Below are positions 1 through 13,820 of a stretch of DNA of 64,000 nt, in pieces. The stretch is from NCBI GenBank assembly GCA_003344405.1, contig NOWV01000012.1:868001-932000 (forward strand), written 5' to 3'. The notes under the pieces were generated by a model, which was not told the DNA's origin, searched no databases, and saw only the letters and a list, made by a program, of their open reading frames with translations. Position 1 is the first letter of the stretch; every line of letters starts with the position of its first letter. The stretch comes from Trichoplax sp. H2 (taxonomy: Eukaryota). Position numbers and translations under genes: made by a program.

Positions 1-202
1 CTCATACTCTTGTTTAACACATGTATGGTACAGATCAACAGCATAAGTGGAATCTGTTATGCACTTTATATAGTAGCTATGGAGCATGTTTGGACTGAAA
101 TATGTTCAGTCGCCGCTTCTAAAAAAGTAATGACAGCTAGTGGTGGCAGGGATGTACTAAAAGTCACCAGTAGCCTCTAATGGCAAGTGTTTGTTGCTTT
201 AC

Positions 203-3200
203 CTGCGTAACTCGACAGGCTTCAGCAATTGAATGTCTATGAAATCTCCTTTAATAGGTTTTACGCCCCAAAACATTCCTTTACCATTATAAGCAAATTC
301 AATGGAATAACTTTGATGATGCTTTATGGTGGTTTTTATTTTAGCTGGAGGATTATTATGAGCCACAAACAGATTACCCATCCTAAATGATTTATCCTAG
401 GCAAAATGAAATATTTTTAATCAAATAAGACAATAACCGAGAACTAATCACGTCAATAAAAGAAATCGTCTTCTCATTTAACAGTAAAGCTAAACTATCA
501 ACTCCACACACGTGCTAAATTACTAACGCTAACGTCTTAGTAGTTAACAAATCCTTAATGAAAGCTGATATGTCGGAATCCTAACCTTCAATGGCTGAAC
601 TTTACCAGCTAGCGAGGAATGCTTTCCGACGTGTTGAAATAGTGAAGGTCGAAAACGTTTAGATAATTTCTGTTTCTGAAGAGAACAGTGTCGCTGGAAA
701 TTTATAAAGAAAATATTTTAGAAGTTCCATTTTAATAATACAAACTTAATCAATTCAAACTAGATAAAAATTCAAGACTAAATTGTTGCACGTATGAACG
801 GGTAAAAATACTACATTCGAAATTATGCGAAGATCTGTTGACCAATACCATTGATTTATCTATTGAGCAAACTTTAGAATATAAAATATGATCTAGAAGC
901 CAATCGCAAGGTTGGTCTTTATGAAACATTAACATGTAATTAACCATGTAAGCTAAATTTTCAGTTCGGAACAATTTACCTATCAATACAAAAGATTATA
1001 TATACATCAATTGTTAAGTACCATCAAAACATGTATCTAAAAAGAAAAACAACACAAAATTTGAAGAATAAATGCTACTCTATTCTTATAATAGAGTAGT
1101 TTGTATTTACCAATAAATCCTAATTGCGAAAAGAGTAAAACAAACCACTGTTGATCGCGTTGTTTCATAGCGAAATTCTTCATTTTAGAGATACAGTTAG
1201 GAGCAGAAATGACGTCATCTTCTAGCTAATTTGTAGCAGAAAGCGCGTTATTATAAACATCGAAAAACAACAATAATTGAGAAAAAATATGTATTCACAG
1301 TTTATTCAACTTAGTAATATATTGTTAGCAAATAGGTATAAGTAGAGGGTACTAGCTATAATCCATTTGATATCAAAATAGGTTCCTACTTTAATTATAA
1401 AAGTTAATAACCAGCATTACTCTGCCAAGGCAGTTGATGACGCTGTAGGGATTTACATGGAGGTAAATGCAGATAAAACTGGTGACTAACATACTGTACT
1501 GATGAACACTTAGTTTTACCTGAACGTAGTAAACGCCCTTGTTCATAACGTACATCATAAGGTAAGCATAATCCAAATTTTGTTTAGTTCTCCATCTTAA
1601 GTTGTACATCATAACATAATTTTTGTTAGAATATTTTTAATGATAGATGAAAGGAAGACTTTAAAATTTTATTATTTGCTACCTAACACGTTGTATATTG
1701 TCTCCTAACGTCAACGGCAGATGAGTAAGATCTGGATAATAGTCAGCTGCAGGTGCAATCATTTCTAAAAGGCCTGATGCAATGTATTGGCTAAACCTTT
1801 GCAATAAATCATTAAGTAATGAACTTAATACAAATATGTAACACACCGAGAAATGTAATATTGCTATAAAGATAAGAAATATTTTCTTACTTATCCGATA
1901 AGACTTTAGCGGTATCCTTGATAAATTTTATATTCGTCTATACAGTAGTTAAGGAGAAACAGACTTTCAATAATTCGTATATTATAATATAACGCTAAGG
2001 AACATTCCATACAGATATTTGTTGCTGTAATACCCGTATTCCAACATTAGTATATTGTAAGTAAATTTTAAAGTTACCTTTGTCTTTTAAATTGGTAAAC
2101 TAGTACTCAAATTAATGAATTTATGATTGACCATGAAACAGATGAGTATTAAAAGGATATTACACTGTATATACTTACCTCGGCTATAAAAACTACTACA
2201 ATAGTGATTTCCTTTTCTTCATCAGACATACTATTAAATAGGGATCCCAAGGTCTTAACCAAATAGCTTTCTTTGCTTCTTTTAACTGTTGGAATGCCAA
2301 CCACTATCGTGGCTAAAAGCACAAATATATACAAAACTATTATGATGAAATCAAGTTATTTCATTGACCTATTTTGGAGTTGGTTTAGCGATAATCAGAT
2401 TAGCAAGTCTTCTAGTAACTAATAAAGCTGCGTTTATAGTTTTATCCCATTTAAACTTATATTCGAAGAGGCTGAATATAAGTAGGACTACTAAAACTTT
2501 AGAGCTATCAAACAATTTATCCTCTATTGATATTAATACATTATATATTTTCAGTTTACATTATTCCTCATTCTTTCAAATAAAATATTTTTATCGTAAG
2601 GTACACCGAATAATACAAGTTTACAACTTGTTCTTTTCTGACGTACAAGCAATAAACAAAATAACTTGACGTCTCAATTTAAATTCATATCAGAGCACCG
2701 AACTTTCATTAGATTATTTATTGCCTTATTTAAAATATATTTTCCTGATTTCGGTTAATAATAAATTTTTATTTACCTCCTAACTTATTCTTGCCAATTT
2801 TTAATGACGGTATTAGGGCATGCGGTTTCTTCTTTAGATGAGGTAAATAGTTTTGAATTGATGGCGCATGAATTCGATTCGATAGTGACATATCAGCCGA
2901 TTGTGCAGTTGTATTGCTCAATAGGTTATAATTATTACTGATAGACAGAAATTTTTGCTGCTCACTAGCTAATCGATCCTTTAATTGCAAGACTTCATTC
3001 GATTTAATTAGAGAATTTAAGTCAGACTCTTGTAGTTGCGATTTTAATTTTTGAATTTCGTCTTCATACTTTCTGGCTGAACTACCTAGAATGATTACAT
3101 GACATACATTTAAGTAATTCTAAATGCCTATCTACGTAAAGATATAAAATATGTATGCCACATAAATACAATTCTCATCATTTACAACCAGACTAGTTAA

Positions 3201-4535
3201 CTGCCTAATGCTCTATATCAATATTAACTGTAAGGAATAATAATTAATCGTATAATAAGTAATTTTGATACCGCTACTAATATTGTGCGCTACATCTACT
3301 GTTATCTTAAGCATTGTATCGCCTACAAAGTAGTACAGTACAGCAAAGGCAAAATACTCTGATAATTATATAATTTAAGGACATTATACAGACATATAAG
3401 TTAATGTGATAAGATCACTAGGCTGTTTGAAGTCAAAAACTTCATGATGTTAGCATATACTACATTACCGAGAATAATTTAAATTCAACTTTCATGGCTA
3501 TCAATTTATATACGCATATATATCTCTACAGTATTATTACGTAACACTATTTTCTCATAGCATGTCTAAGCAGCAATGGATTTTCAAAAATATAAATAGT
3601 ACAAATTATTAATTGCTACTCAAATTGTATTTGAAGAGCAAGGGAAATGGAGAAAAAATGTCGATAAAGACGTAAAATAGTGATTGATAACGGAAATCAT
3701 CTTGTTGGTCGATTTCAATTAACTATAGCAAGCATCAATTACTAGTTAATGTTCTATTTGGTGTCCTATTTTTAACGGTAGTAAAGGAATACAATCATTT
3801 CATTCAATTACGATGCGTTAGTATGGAGACACGAAGAGCGATTGACAAAGGGGCTCGCGTTGATACATCGATGGTCGAGTTTAATTAACTGTAGTATGCC
3901 AAAATTACTACTCATGTTATATTTGGCATTATGTACTTCAATAATAGCAGAGGGAAAAAATTTCTTAACTTAATGTACAATTCATTGTGTAGTACTATCG
4001 CTGCTACAATTACAACGTGTTAGCATGGACAAGAAATAGCGATTGATCAAGGGGCTCAAGTTGATGGGTCGATTTTAATTAACTTTAGTATGTCAAAATA
4101 TTATTAATGTTATATTTGGTATCATTTACTTTAATAATAGTAAAGGCATGAAATCTCTTAATTTAATGTATAATTGTACAGGACTGTCGATATTGCAATT
4201 ATAATACGTTAGCATGGATAAGAAACAGTGATTGATGAAGGGGATCATGTTGACACGTTGATAGTCGATTTCAGTTGACTGTAGTATGCAACAATTGCTA
4301 CTAATTGATATTATTTTATAGTATTGAGGATTATCCTGCAACAGTATTAGAATAAGCATCAAACCTTTTCATTCCATGTACAATTACAGTACTGTATGAT
4401 CGGAAACTGCAATTAATTACTACAAGGCGATAACATTAATCAAAATACTCGACCTTGTCGGAATATAGCGATCCATAAACAACAAATAATTATCACGAGT
4501 AGTATCAACATCGACGAATGCGCTCGCCTAAGCAT
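203..4535 (-). CDS. MGAT4: MGAT4/GnT-IV family (GT54) N-acetylglucosaminyltransferase, copy 1, multi-exon, 3' end beyond left edge
   Basis: Exon 4535-4454 gives signal anchor [27 protein letters not shown]; stem exon 3085-2777; 2312-2179 [28 protein letters not shown]; later exons [60 protein letters not shown]; exon 396-203 ([19 protein letters not shown]) starts the lectin domain and ends at a GT donor. Confidence 0.92.
3680..4400. repeat. Degenerate ~160-200 bp tandem repeat, about 4 copies, in MGAT4 copy 1 intron
   Basis: Core GATTGAnnAnGG..GTCGATTT.AATTAACT.TAGTATG recurs near 3682, 3840, 4041 and 4230. Confidence 0.7.
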
Positions 4536-6917
4536 GTTTTGTAATGGAAGATTTATCCTGCCAGAATGTGCTGTCTCTAGTGCATGTAAAAATTGATCCC
4601 AATGAGATTGTCCACCAATGCAAGCGTTAGTATTTCACCTTGGCTGCCAGTGTACCGGTAGTACCATGTAAGGAGTAGCATTGACCAATGACAAGGCCAA
4701 CAATTTTTCTCCGTTTAAGAATATTATTATTTTAAATCATTCCAGTCAGAAATAGTTCATTCGACAGCTGAAATTGCTTGTATAATAATCCTTTTAACAA
4801 ATTAAATCAATGATGTGTAAGCGCTTGAGAACTCTTTGAAAGTTAATCAAACTTGTTATTATTGATGCACTCAATCAAAGATAGACTTGGACACTATGAC
4901 GTCGATTTAGGCATAAAGAATCAATCATGAATGAATACGTTAATGTGGACCATTAACTGAATTCCAGTTGGATCTTTTGGATAATAAAGTCGTTAGTAAG
5001 ACAGAGTGGTTTATAATTCTGTCATTGGAGCTTTTATTAAGTTGAAAATTGAAAGGATATGAGCGGCCATTCCCCAAGAAGACCAGAAGAACGGACCAGC
5101 CGCAAGTACAAGTTTGCTTCCTTGACGGAAAGGCACAATTTTGATCGAGTAGTCCTGATACCCTGTCCGCCTGAATTCCATGGAATTGGCTTCCACTCAG
5201 TTAAAACCTGATACAGTACTGAATAAGTTAGCACTGTAGCGTACAGTATATAGTACTGTACACTACAGTAAGTATGGAGGGGCTGAGCCAGGGCCCGCTG
5301 AGGTCCTGCAAAAGACTACGAAAGAGAATCGAGAGTTGTTCCTGATTTTCAATTCGAGATACTTTTCAAAGTATTGAAATACTTTGAACGATGTTTTGCT
5401 TGTACCTTGTCAGACTAGTTAACAGCAGTCTGTGTTAATATTAAGAAATTGCAACTCGTCCGTTGTGCTGATACAGTTCGCCAGTTCACTGCCAACGGAC
5501 CAGCTGCGTGCTCATACTTACAGTAGTCTGAAATCGAATCTTCGATATGACTGCCCACTTCTGCACAACAAGTTCCACCGCGGTTAGAAGTTACAACTGT
5601 ACATATACTGAGTGTTAGTAAGAGCGAGAGAGAGAGAAAGTACAGTGGAAAAAATCTACCGGTTTTACTTGAGTAGTTCCTGGTAGAGTAATGTCCCGTA
5701 CTAAACTCGACGATGGACTGATCACTCTTAAGGTGAACAGACACTTTCGGCCTCATCTCATCAAAATATTCGGACAAACACTTGGTTGTGATAGGGACTT
5801 AAGTATGCAGATGGTCCATTCTGAATTGACTGATTTTGTTCTAAATTAAGTAATATTACATTGAATCTTACTATCTGTTACTAAAGTTCTACTTAGAAAC
5901 AGTTCTATAAGATCGTAAATGTTATTTAAATTAGTACTATTGATGTAGAAAACAGATATGGAAGATTCATACTACAGTAATTAGCGATTTTTCGACATTA
6001 ATGCCATCATTTGGTTAGGAACTCCGTCTGTCTGAGGGAGGTGATCAGTCCAGGTCTCCTTCTAACTGTATGATACACTGCATAAACCTCTCTTCTTTCA
6101 ATTGACTGATCAACTTTAGTCATTCAGTTTATATATTAAGAGGTGATTACGTAGTTCAGCTACGTAATAGCTTTATATCATCGCAACATCAACTTCATAG
6201 CCTTTAGCTTGGGTATTAAGACAAATATGTATATTTCAATCCTTTCCAAAAATTTGGAATCATTATCTTTAGTTGCATATTAAACCAATTTACTTTCCGA
6301 CTACACCAGGTAGTATTGAGGCTCTTGGATAGTAAACTACTTAGCCCCAATTACAGCATTATTCATTAATCATCTAAATTCTGACTGATATGTATCTATC
6401 TGCATTAGCAATAATACTGTATGCTCTGATATTAGTGATTTTTACCGCCCATTACAAATTATATAAATGATACCTTCTGCAGTTGTAATAATTGTAATCG
6501 TAATAGAACCTAACCGTTTCTTATCTAAAGTACGATTTCGGACATTGCATTAGCACTACAGGAAACAATGGTTCATCAACAGTCCCACTGTAAATAGCAT
6601 CTCACAAGCTTAAAAATCATTTAACATCTGTCATTAGAGAATTTTTAAATATAATACAAAACATATTTAGTTCATCTACAACTAGAATGAAATACAGTAT
6701 TTCATCTAAAACGCAGAATCCTCAAGTTGACCGGGCTCCGATGTAACAATATACTAAAGATGTACAAGTTGCTACTAGTAACAAAAGAATCGCAATTTAA
6801 TAGCAATAAATAGACATCATCAAATAAAAACTAAAATTTCATATCCACAACATAGATATCGCTAAAAAAAGATATACATTGACTTCAGTTGCTTCAAAAC
6901 CTCTGTTATATGACGCT

Positions 6918-9900
6918 CTATTTTGGTCTAAATGAGTTATCCTAAATTATAATAGAAAACAGGAAATTAATTCGTCAATTATTTAGTCACAGCTCTCCCA
7001 ACTATGAACTAAGCTCACCTTCAATGTTTGCTTTTTCCCAGCTAATGACGAGTTCACACCCATGTGCTGGAAGAGTGAAGGTTTATATTGTCTTGTAATA
7101 CCTTTTTTAGACCTATTACATTGTGCCTAATGATCAGGGACATAAACAAAATCAAAAAATGATACAAATTGAAATAATCAACAGTTCAAATAGTTTAGCT
7201 TACCGTAGAGACTCCAACCGAACAAACTTTAGATTCCAAAACATTTTCAATTATCCAGTCACACGGATGATCAACATGGAACATTATGAGGAAATCAATC
7301 ATATAACCTAATTCTGATGTTTTAAACAGTCTTCCTACAATTGATTAACACAAAATACTTTTTTAATTCAGAAGTATAAAACTAATAGCAACATCAATGG
7401 ATAATTGATAATGCATTTGAAGTTTAGATTTTTACCTATAAATCCTAATTCGGAGTAATAAATGACAAACCAATTACCAGATTGACTATCGGCATAAGAG
7501 ATAATAGACGAAACAAATCCTTTTGCGGCAATTACATCATCTTCTAACTGCAGCAAAATGCGCAATCATAATTATATTTATAAATATCAGTCTTAAGTTT
7601 GCATTTGCATGACTATTGCTTGCAAGTAAACTGTACTATGGGTACGCTACTATGTGTCGTATTTAGGCAGTACATAATGTAAGGTACCAACTGCAAACCT
7701 GTAAATAATATTTTCCTCTCTTCGTTGAATACATCATTATCCAAGCATAATCTAGATTCTGCTTTGTTCGCCACCTTGGAAACAACCATAAAACAACATT
7801 AGGCAAAAGCATAATTGAAATTTAACATACTTTTTGTTCAGATATGGGTGAATTATCTATTGAAAGTCAAATTAGAACTGCTGTTGTCACTTTATGTTGC
7901 AATATTAAATGACTAACTTCACTCGGGGAAGTGGATCACCATAGGTTCTTGGCAAGTTCGTCATGTCTGGATAGTAAGCAGGAGAGGGAGATACAATTTC
8001 GATAAGTCCTGATTCAAGATCTGCCAAATACCTAAATTGAAATAAAAAATAAACATTCGTAAATAGTGTCTTATCCAGATAAATAGCATCCACGAAGTAG
8101 CTAATAAGTATATTAAATATAATTGCAACAATATACGTAGCTCAACGTACTTATTAGAAATATCCGCCTTAATTGAAGCTATATATTCCGGATTTTTCTA
8201 AAATTAATTAATTGAATGATATTCACAACTGCAGTATTAGTGTTTACTGGCACACATAAATGGATACTTATCATCCATACAGGAGTTATTTTAAGAAACG
8301 AATCTACAATCGTAAAGACGACAATAGTAACCTCAGCAACAAAGATTACAATTAACGTTTTCGATTTTTCATCCGTGTTCATCTGAGTAAGTAGTGATCC
8401 CAAAGTTTGCATTAGATAATTCGCATTTGATCTCTTTACTGTCGGGATTCCAATTACTAAAGTCACTACAAAGAATGCAATGAACATAACCGAAGCACAT
8501 TAAATGTGTTTAAAGTAAATATCTATGTTCCAATAAAATTTTAACTTTAGCCTTATAAAAGATCAATCAAATCCGACACTTGAGTTTACCTCCAGTTCTT
8601 CCTTTACTCTCTTTAGCAGCAGGCTTTAAAGCATCTGGATTGTTAGCTAGATGAGGTAAAAATTTATCTATGGATGGTAAAGATAAGTCGGCCGAGATAA
8701 GATCCGTCTTCTCTCTCTTTTCCATAGTGTTTCCATTATTGACATCAGTGTTCACGGTTTTTACGTCTTCCTTTTTAGACTGAATTTTCTTATTTTCTTC
8801 GCTTATAACCGAAATATTCTGTTGTTGTTTCAATATTGTCTCTTTAGCTTCAACTAGGTCTTCTTTCAGATGGACAACTTCCTCTTTATACCCATTAATT
8901 AATTTTTTAATGGCTAATTCAGCAGAATTATTTAGTTTGGGCTTATCATTCTTTAAATTCTCCAAGTGTAGCTCAGCAATAGCGTGCTGTTGTTTATCGA
9001 TCTTTTTATGCGACTGACTAAGTTCTTGTTTCAGGGAATTGATATTTTGCTCATAGCTTGCGACTAATTGCTTTATATTCTTACCACCACTTTTTATACC
9101 AGAGATAGTTAGGTTACTATTCTTGGCAGTTTCCTCGATATAATGAATTTTATCTTTCAGGCGATCGATTTCAATTCGTAATCTGTCTGGCTTAGCTAAA
9201 TTGAATATTTGCATTTAATAGATGTTCAATAGGAGTTCATTGATACGCATACTCTACCAACATACGAATACCTTATATGTAATATTATCCAAATAAGTAT
9301 CGTAATTTACATAAACACACAAGTTGTAACACATAAATAATAATGTATCTACGATATTGTATCATTCGCAACACTGTCAGTAAATCACATGCTACTGCAT
9401 ATATATGAAACAGTCCTTAGTATATTCTAGATTGTAAGGATTACAAAATTAATTTAATTATTTGATAATTGGCAATAGTAAAATCAAAAGCAGATAGCGC
9501 CGCCATCTAACCTAATACTGAAGCTTAGGCCTAGCCTTTCTGTACATGAGCATAAATTTATAAATCTTTAATCGATTTATGGTTTTTCTCTTAACCCTTA
9601 AAGACACGTTTCGTACAGAGTACAACTGCACAAGTACGGCACCGTTCTTTAATTAGGGAATGAATTCTAGCTAGAGTATTACACTATCTGTTCTACAGGG
9701 CGTAATAGTTACTGTATAATGGCGATGACATTTTGATACAATCTTTCAACATGATAGTACATTTGGTAAAAACTTAAGCATACGCGCATACAGTACGTAA
9801 TGATGTAACATCGTCAACTGATTTTGAAGATTACAATTTTTCGTCATTGAGTTCATGTACAATCAATTCTTACCTTGGCTATAAAAATAATAGGTAATGT

Positions 9901-9970
9901 AAGCGGCGGTGCTTAAAGTCATCAAGATTACAGCTAATCGCAACGATTCCCTTCTTGATAATCCTGGCAT
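6918..9970 (-). CDS. MGAT4: MGAT4/GnT-IV family glycosyltransferase, copy 2, long coiled-coil stem, ends after the catalytic domain
   Basis: Exon 9970-9874 [32 protein letters not shown] (signal anchor, phase 1); stem exon 9195-8590; [41 protein letters not shown]; exon 7126-7019 [22 protein letters not shown]; last exon 6941-6918 DNSFRPK-stop. Confidence 0.9.
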
Positions 9971-11740
9971 TTTGTTTGCAGCCTAGGTTTAAGCTCAACC
10001 ACAGGTAAAGGGAGAGCTAGTAGAAAAGTTATGAAAATTTAATTAATAAAGAATTAACAAATATACTGTAGCATTTGCCAATGCATACTTGTAGCGATTC
10101 CATTTTAATATCAGCAGATACAATCAACTACTGAAAATAAGACCTCAACAATTGAAAAAGGTAGGCGTTCATTTACAAATAATGCTTTATTATGTACTGT
10201 ATATACGCGTACATAGGTGAATATTCATTTAGTATGTTGCAATGTACTGTAAGCGGACTTGACTGTGATCAAGTGATGCTCTTGATCAGCATGTCATTCG
10301 TTATATTAGTACAGGCGCTAAAATACTAGATATGGGTAAATCATAGTAAGTAGCGTCGATAAAACAGCTTGCAGTAACTTGCAGTGCCAAACTACTGAAA
10401 CTGGAAGGAAAATTTTTCGGTTACGGCACATAAATAAACCATATATAATGACGTACGTAAAAAATGGAGAAAAAATTTAGTCAAGATTGTGCTCTCTACT
10501 CGAATGCGAATACGCGAACGAATATGCGTATATAACACACCGTTAGTGTCGGACAAGGGTGATATCTGTTCCTATAAAGTTATATGCAGATCTACAGCTG
10601 TATTAGCTTCGGTCGTAAGCATTTGCAGTTCCATCATACGATTGACGCTGAAATAATTCTGCAAATGAAATTTGAAGGAGAACGTATACTGTGGTGAAAT
10701 AAAATAAAATGAACAATAGAGGAATCTCAACATCGAGGCTTATTTAATCCACGTGTAACCATGACATTGTGTCAATTCTACGGTATAATATCCTAATTTT
10801 ATAGTACTGTATCATAATGACATGGAAAATAGAATGATAGCGACTACTAAAGCGCATACTAACTGTTCTAATCCTAGACTAAATTACAACAATTATTCAT
10901 CGAGGTGAGACAACGACAGCATACGATCCTTTCGTATCGAAGAATGGAACAATCGATAATAATCACCAATATCGCAGATGGCAGTTGTATTTATTACGAG
11001 AATAATAGCACAAATCTTGCAACGCGTGAATACTGAATAGTGTCATTTCCTACATTGAAATAGCAGCATAGCAACCTACGAATCAAAAAATTCTTTACAA
11101 ATGCAGCCTATTTAAATTGGAGCATCCATCATAATCTTGCCAAGAAAAATACCATTACTGTGGTTTTTATTGGGTGTGTGTTGATATGAGCTACAGTACT
11201 CGAAACAACGGAAACAACCAAAAGATGATCACTACAAGAACAACAGTACCGCTAGATTGCAGTATACTCGTAAAATAATTACATACAAGTATAATGATGA
11301 ATCAGTCAGTGCCTGCATGACGATAATAGCTCAGTCATCAGAAAATGATTCAATCCTATTTCCTTAGCTAGCTACAACAATGTTAAGGATCAGGTATATC
11401 TGACAGAAATTCAGCTCAGTAATGAACATCGAATCCCTATTTGTAACTGTAACACCCGTAAAGACGTGTACAACTGCTAAAGATTCGAACTGATGATCTC
11501 CATAACTTGATATAGACGTAGAGTGAAAGATTACTACAGTAGTACTTTTGTACAATGAGCGTAGCCTTTACCATTACTAATCAACTAGATGCTCGATCAA
11601 GACTACAATTACTGTATTCATTCATTAATATTATAAACTGCAAATTGGGCGATCATGCGTTATAATGGTCAACAGATCGAGTCAATTAACTTCAACTACC
11701 TACGGATATGAAGATATGCGTTCTGTATATCATTTTCTAG

Positions 11741-12110
11741 GATTTGAGTGCAGTACAACTCGAATAGAATGCTCGAATTGGACGTAAAAAGACACCTGCT
11801 ACACTTTTAGCCTCTGACAATGGCGAACAGCCAACAATTGATATCATTGATAGTTAATTACGCGTATTTGAACAAGCTTCTAGCGATAAAATTGAAATAT
11901 GAGTATATTATATGCGCGATATTATTCATCAAGCCAAAGGTAGTACAATCATTTTTGAATAAAGTGATCAAAGTGAGATTACCACAGTAGAGAAAGACCA
12001 TTAGGGTAGTATTCTTAACTGGGTTCGATTGTAATGGGAGAATTGCAGGGCAATATTACAAAAAAATTTAACGTTACTGTTCTGCAAGTGCGAATTATAC
12101 TGTAGTCCAT
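11741..12110 (+). pseudogene. Possible decayed C-type-lectin-like exon
   Basis: After an AG acceptor reads GFECSTTRIECSNWT*KDTCYTFSL*QWRTANN*, later LNWVRL*WENC; resembles CTLD C..W....CY.F...W..A spacing but is full of stops. Confidence 0.25.
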
Positions 12111-12660
12111 CATGCATCGTTTCCGTTATATGAACAACTTGATGGAATGTTGGCTAACACTACGATCGACGATTAGACGCGTACCACTGCATATTGCAGT
12201 ATTCTCGATCAATTACAGTACTTGATCGTTCCTATAGATCGATACAACCACGCTCAATGTAAGAATAACAACATCTGCTAATGGCTTTACCTCTACAGCT
12301 GCAACTATTCCTCCTCTGAGATTGTCCACGCTCGCAAATCCCTAGCGATACTGTATGGGAAATTCAAAAGTTTTTTGCTAGCCCCCCCAAACTTGGATGG
12401 AATATTTTGCGGCCCCTCCTTTTCTTTCCAGTTTGTGCTGTACAGTACAGTACCACAGACTTCTGACTCAACGTTACAGTGTACAGTACAATGTACTGTG
12501 CTGTACAGCACGCTAGATTCTATTGGAGTCAACGTCTATAGTACTGTACTGTACATTGTATTAGTATCCAACCCTTACCCTAACCCTTACAAATTCATGT
12601 ACGGTACTGTAACATCTGTAATATTAGGACCATTCAAAGCGTTGACGATTCTAGTTTGAA

Positions 12661-13325
12661 AACTTGGGTGCAACTGAGCTTTAAAAAAAACTTGGGTGCA
12701 ACTGAGCTTTAAAAAAAAGGTGCAACTGAGCTTTAAAAAAAGGTGCAACTGAGCTTTAAAGAAAAGTTGCAACTGAGCTTTAAAAAAAAGGTGCAACTGA
12801 GCTTTAAAGAAAAGTTGCAACTGAGCTTTAAAAAAAGGTGCAACTGAGCTTTAATAAAAAGGTGCAACTGAGCTTTAAAGAAAAGTTGCAACTGAGCTTT
12901 AAAGAAAAGTTGCAACTGAGCTTTAAAAAAACAACTGAGCTTTAAAAAAAGGTGCAACTGAGCTTTAAAAAAAAGGTGCAACTGAGCCTTAAAAAAAAGG
13001 TGCAACTGAGCTTTAAAGAAAAGTTGCAACTGAGCCTTAAAAAAAGGTGCAACTGAGCTTTAAAAAAAGGTGCAACTGAGCTTTAAAAAAAAGGTGCAAC
13101 TGAGCCTTAAAAAAAGGTGCAACTGAGCCTTAAAAAAAGGTGCAACTGAGCTTTAAAAAAAAGGTGCAACTGAGCTTTAAAAAAAAGGTGCAACTGAGCT
13201 TTAAAAAAAGGTGCAACTGAGCTTTAAAAAAAAGGTGCAATTGAGCCTTAAAAAAAAGGTGCAACTGAGCTTTAAAAAAAAGGTGCAACTGAGCTTTAAA
13301 GAAAAGTTGCAACTTGCACCTTTTT
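12661..13325. repeat. Satellite, 22-23 bp unit AAAAAAAGGTGCAACTGAGCTTT, roughly 28-29 copies
   Basis: Head-to-tail units with variants AAAGAAAAGTTGCAAC and GAGCCTT; ends in an inverted partial unit TTGCACCTTTTT. Confidence 0.97.
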
Positions 13326-13640
13326 ACCCTTCCTAGCTGCATAGACTACTAGAAGAAGACCATCTACTGTAGTCCGTGCAACGGGTGTGAGAATGGGTAG
13401 TAGAACTTCTTTTTTAATATACTGTACGATAGTATTAATTGATTAATTGATTGATTGATGATGATTGATATTGTTAGTGTACAATACAGTGTACTCTTGT
13501 GCAAGACGACGGCTGTTCGACATAGAACAGGTTAATAGAACTTCCAATTTAGATTATCAATGAAGATGTGTAGTTTGGTGTTGTATTTGGCCTACGGTTC
13601 AACTTGCCTAACTGTTAATCACATTACCTACACTAATGAA

Positions 13641-13820
13641 GTTACTACCCATAGTTAATTGAATAAATTGAACAGTAAATGTACTCTACGGTAGCAACAT
13701 GCTATTCAACGACTAGATGGATTAAATAGTTACTACCCATAGTTAATTGGATAAATTGAACAGTAAATGTACTCTACTGTAGCAACATGCTATTCAGCGA
13801 CTAAGTAGATGGATTAAATA
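13641..13820. repeat. ~88-90 bp tandem duplication
   Basis: GTTACTACCCATAGTTAATTG..GATGGATTAAATA occurs twice back to back. Confidence 0.9.

Noticed and set aside
4639-4740. Apparent frameshifted signal-anchor exon for MGAT4 copy 1
   Set aside because: Needs a stop and an indel repaired; a clean in-phase anchor exon exists at 4535-4454.
12587-13342. Repetitive ORFs (FFKAQLHL..) and a CRISPR-like look
   Set aside because: Translations of the satellite; no unique spacers, no cas genes, eukaryotic context.
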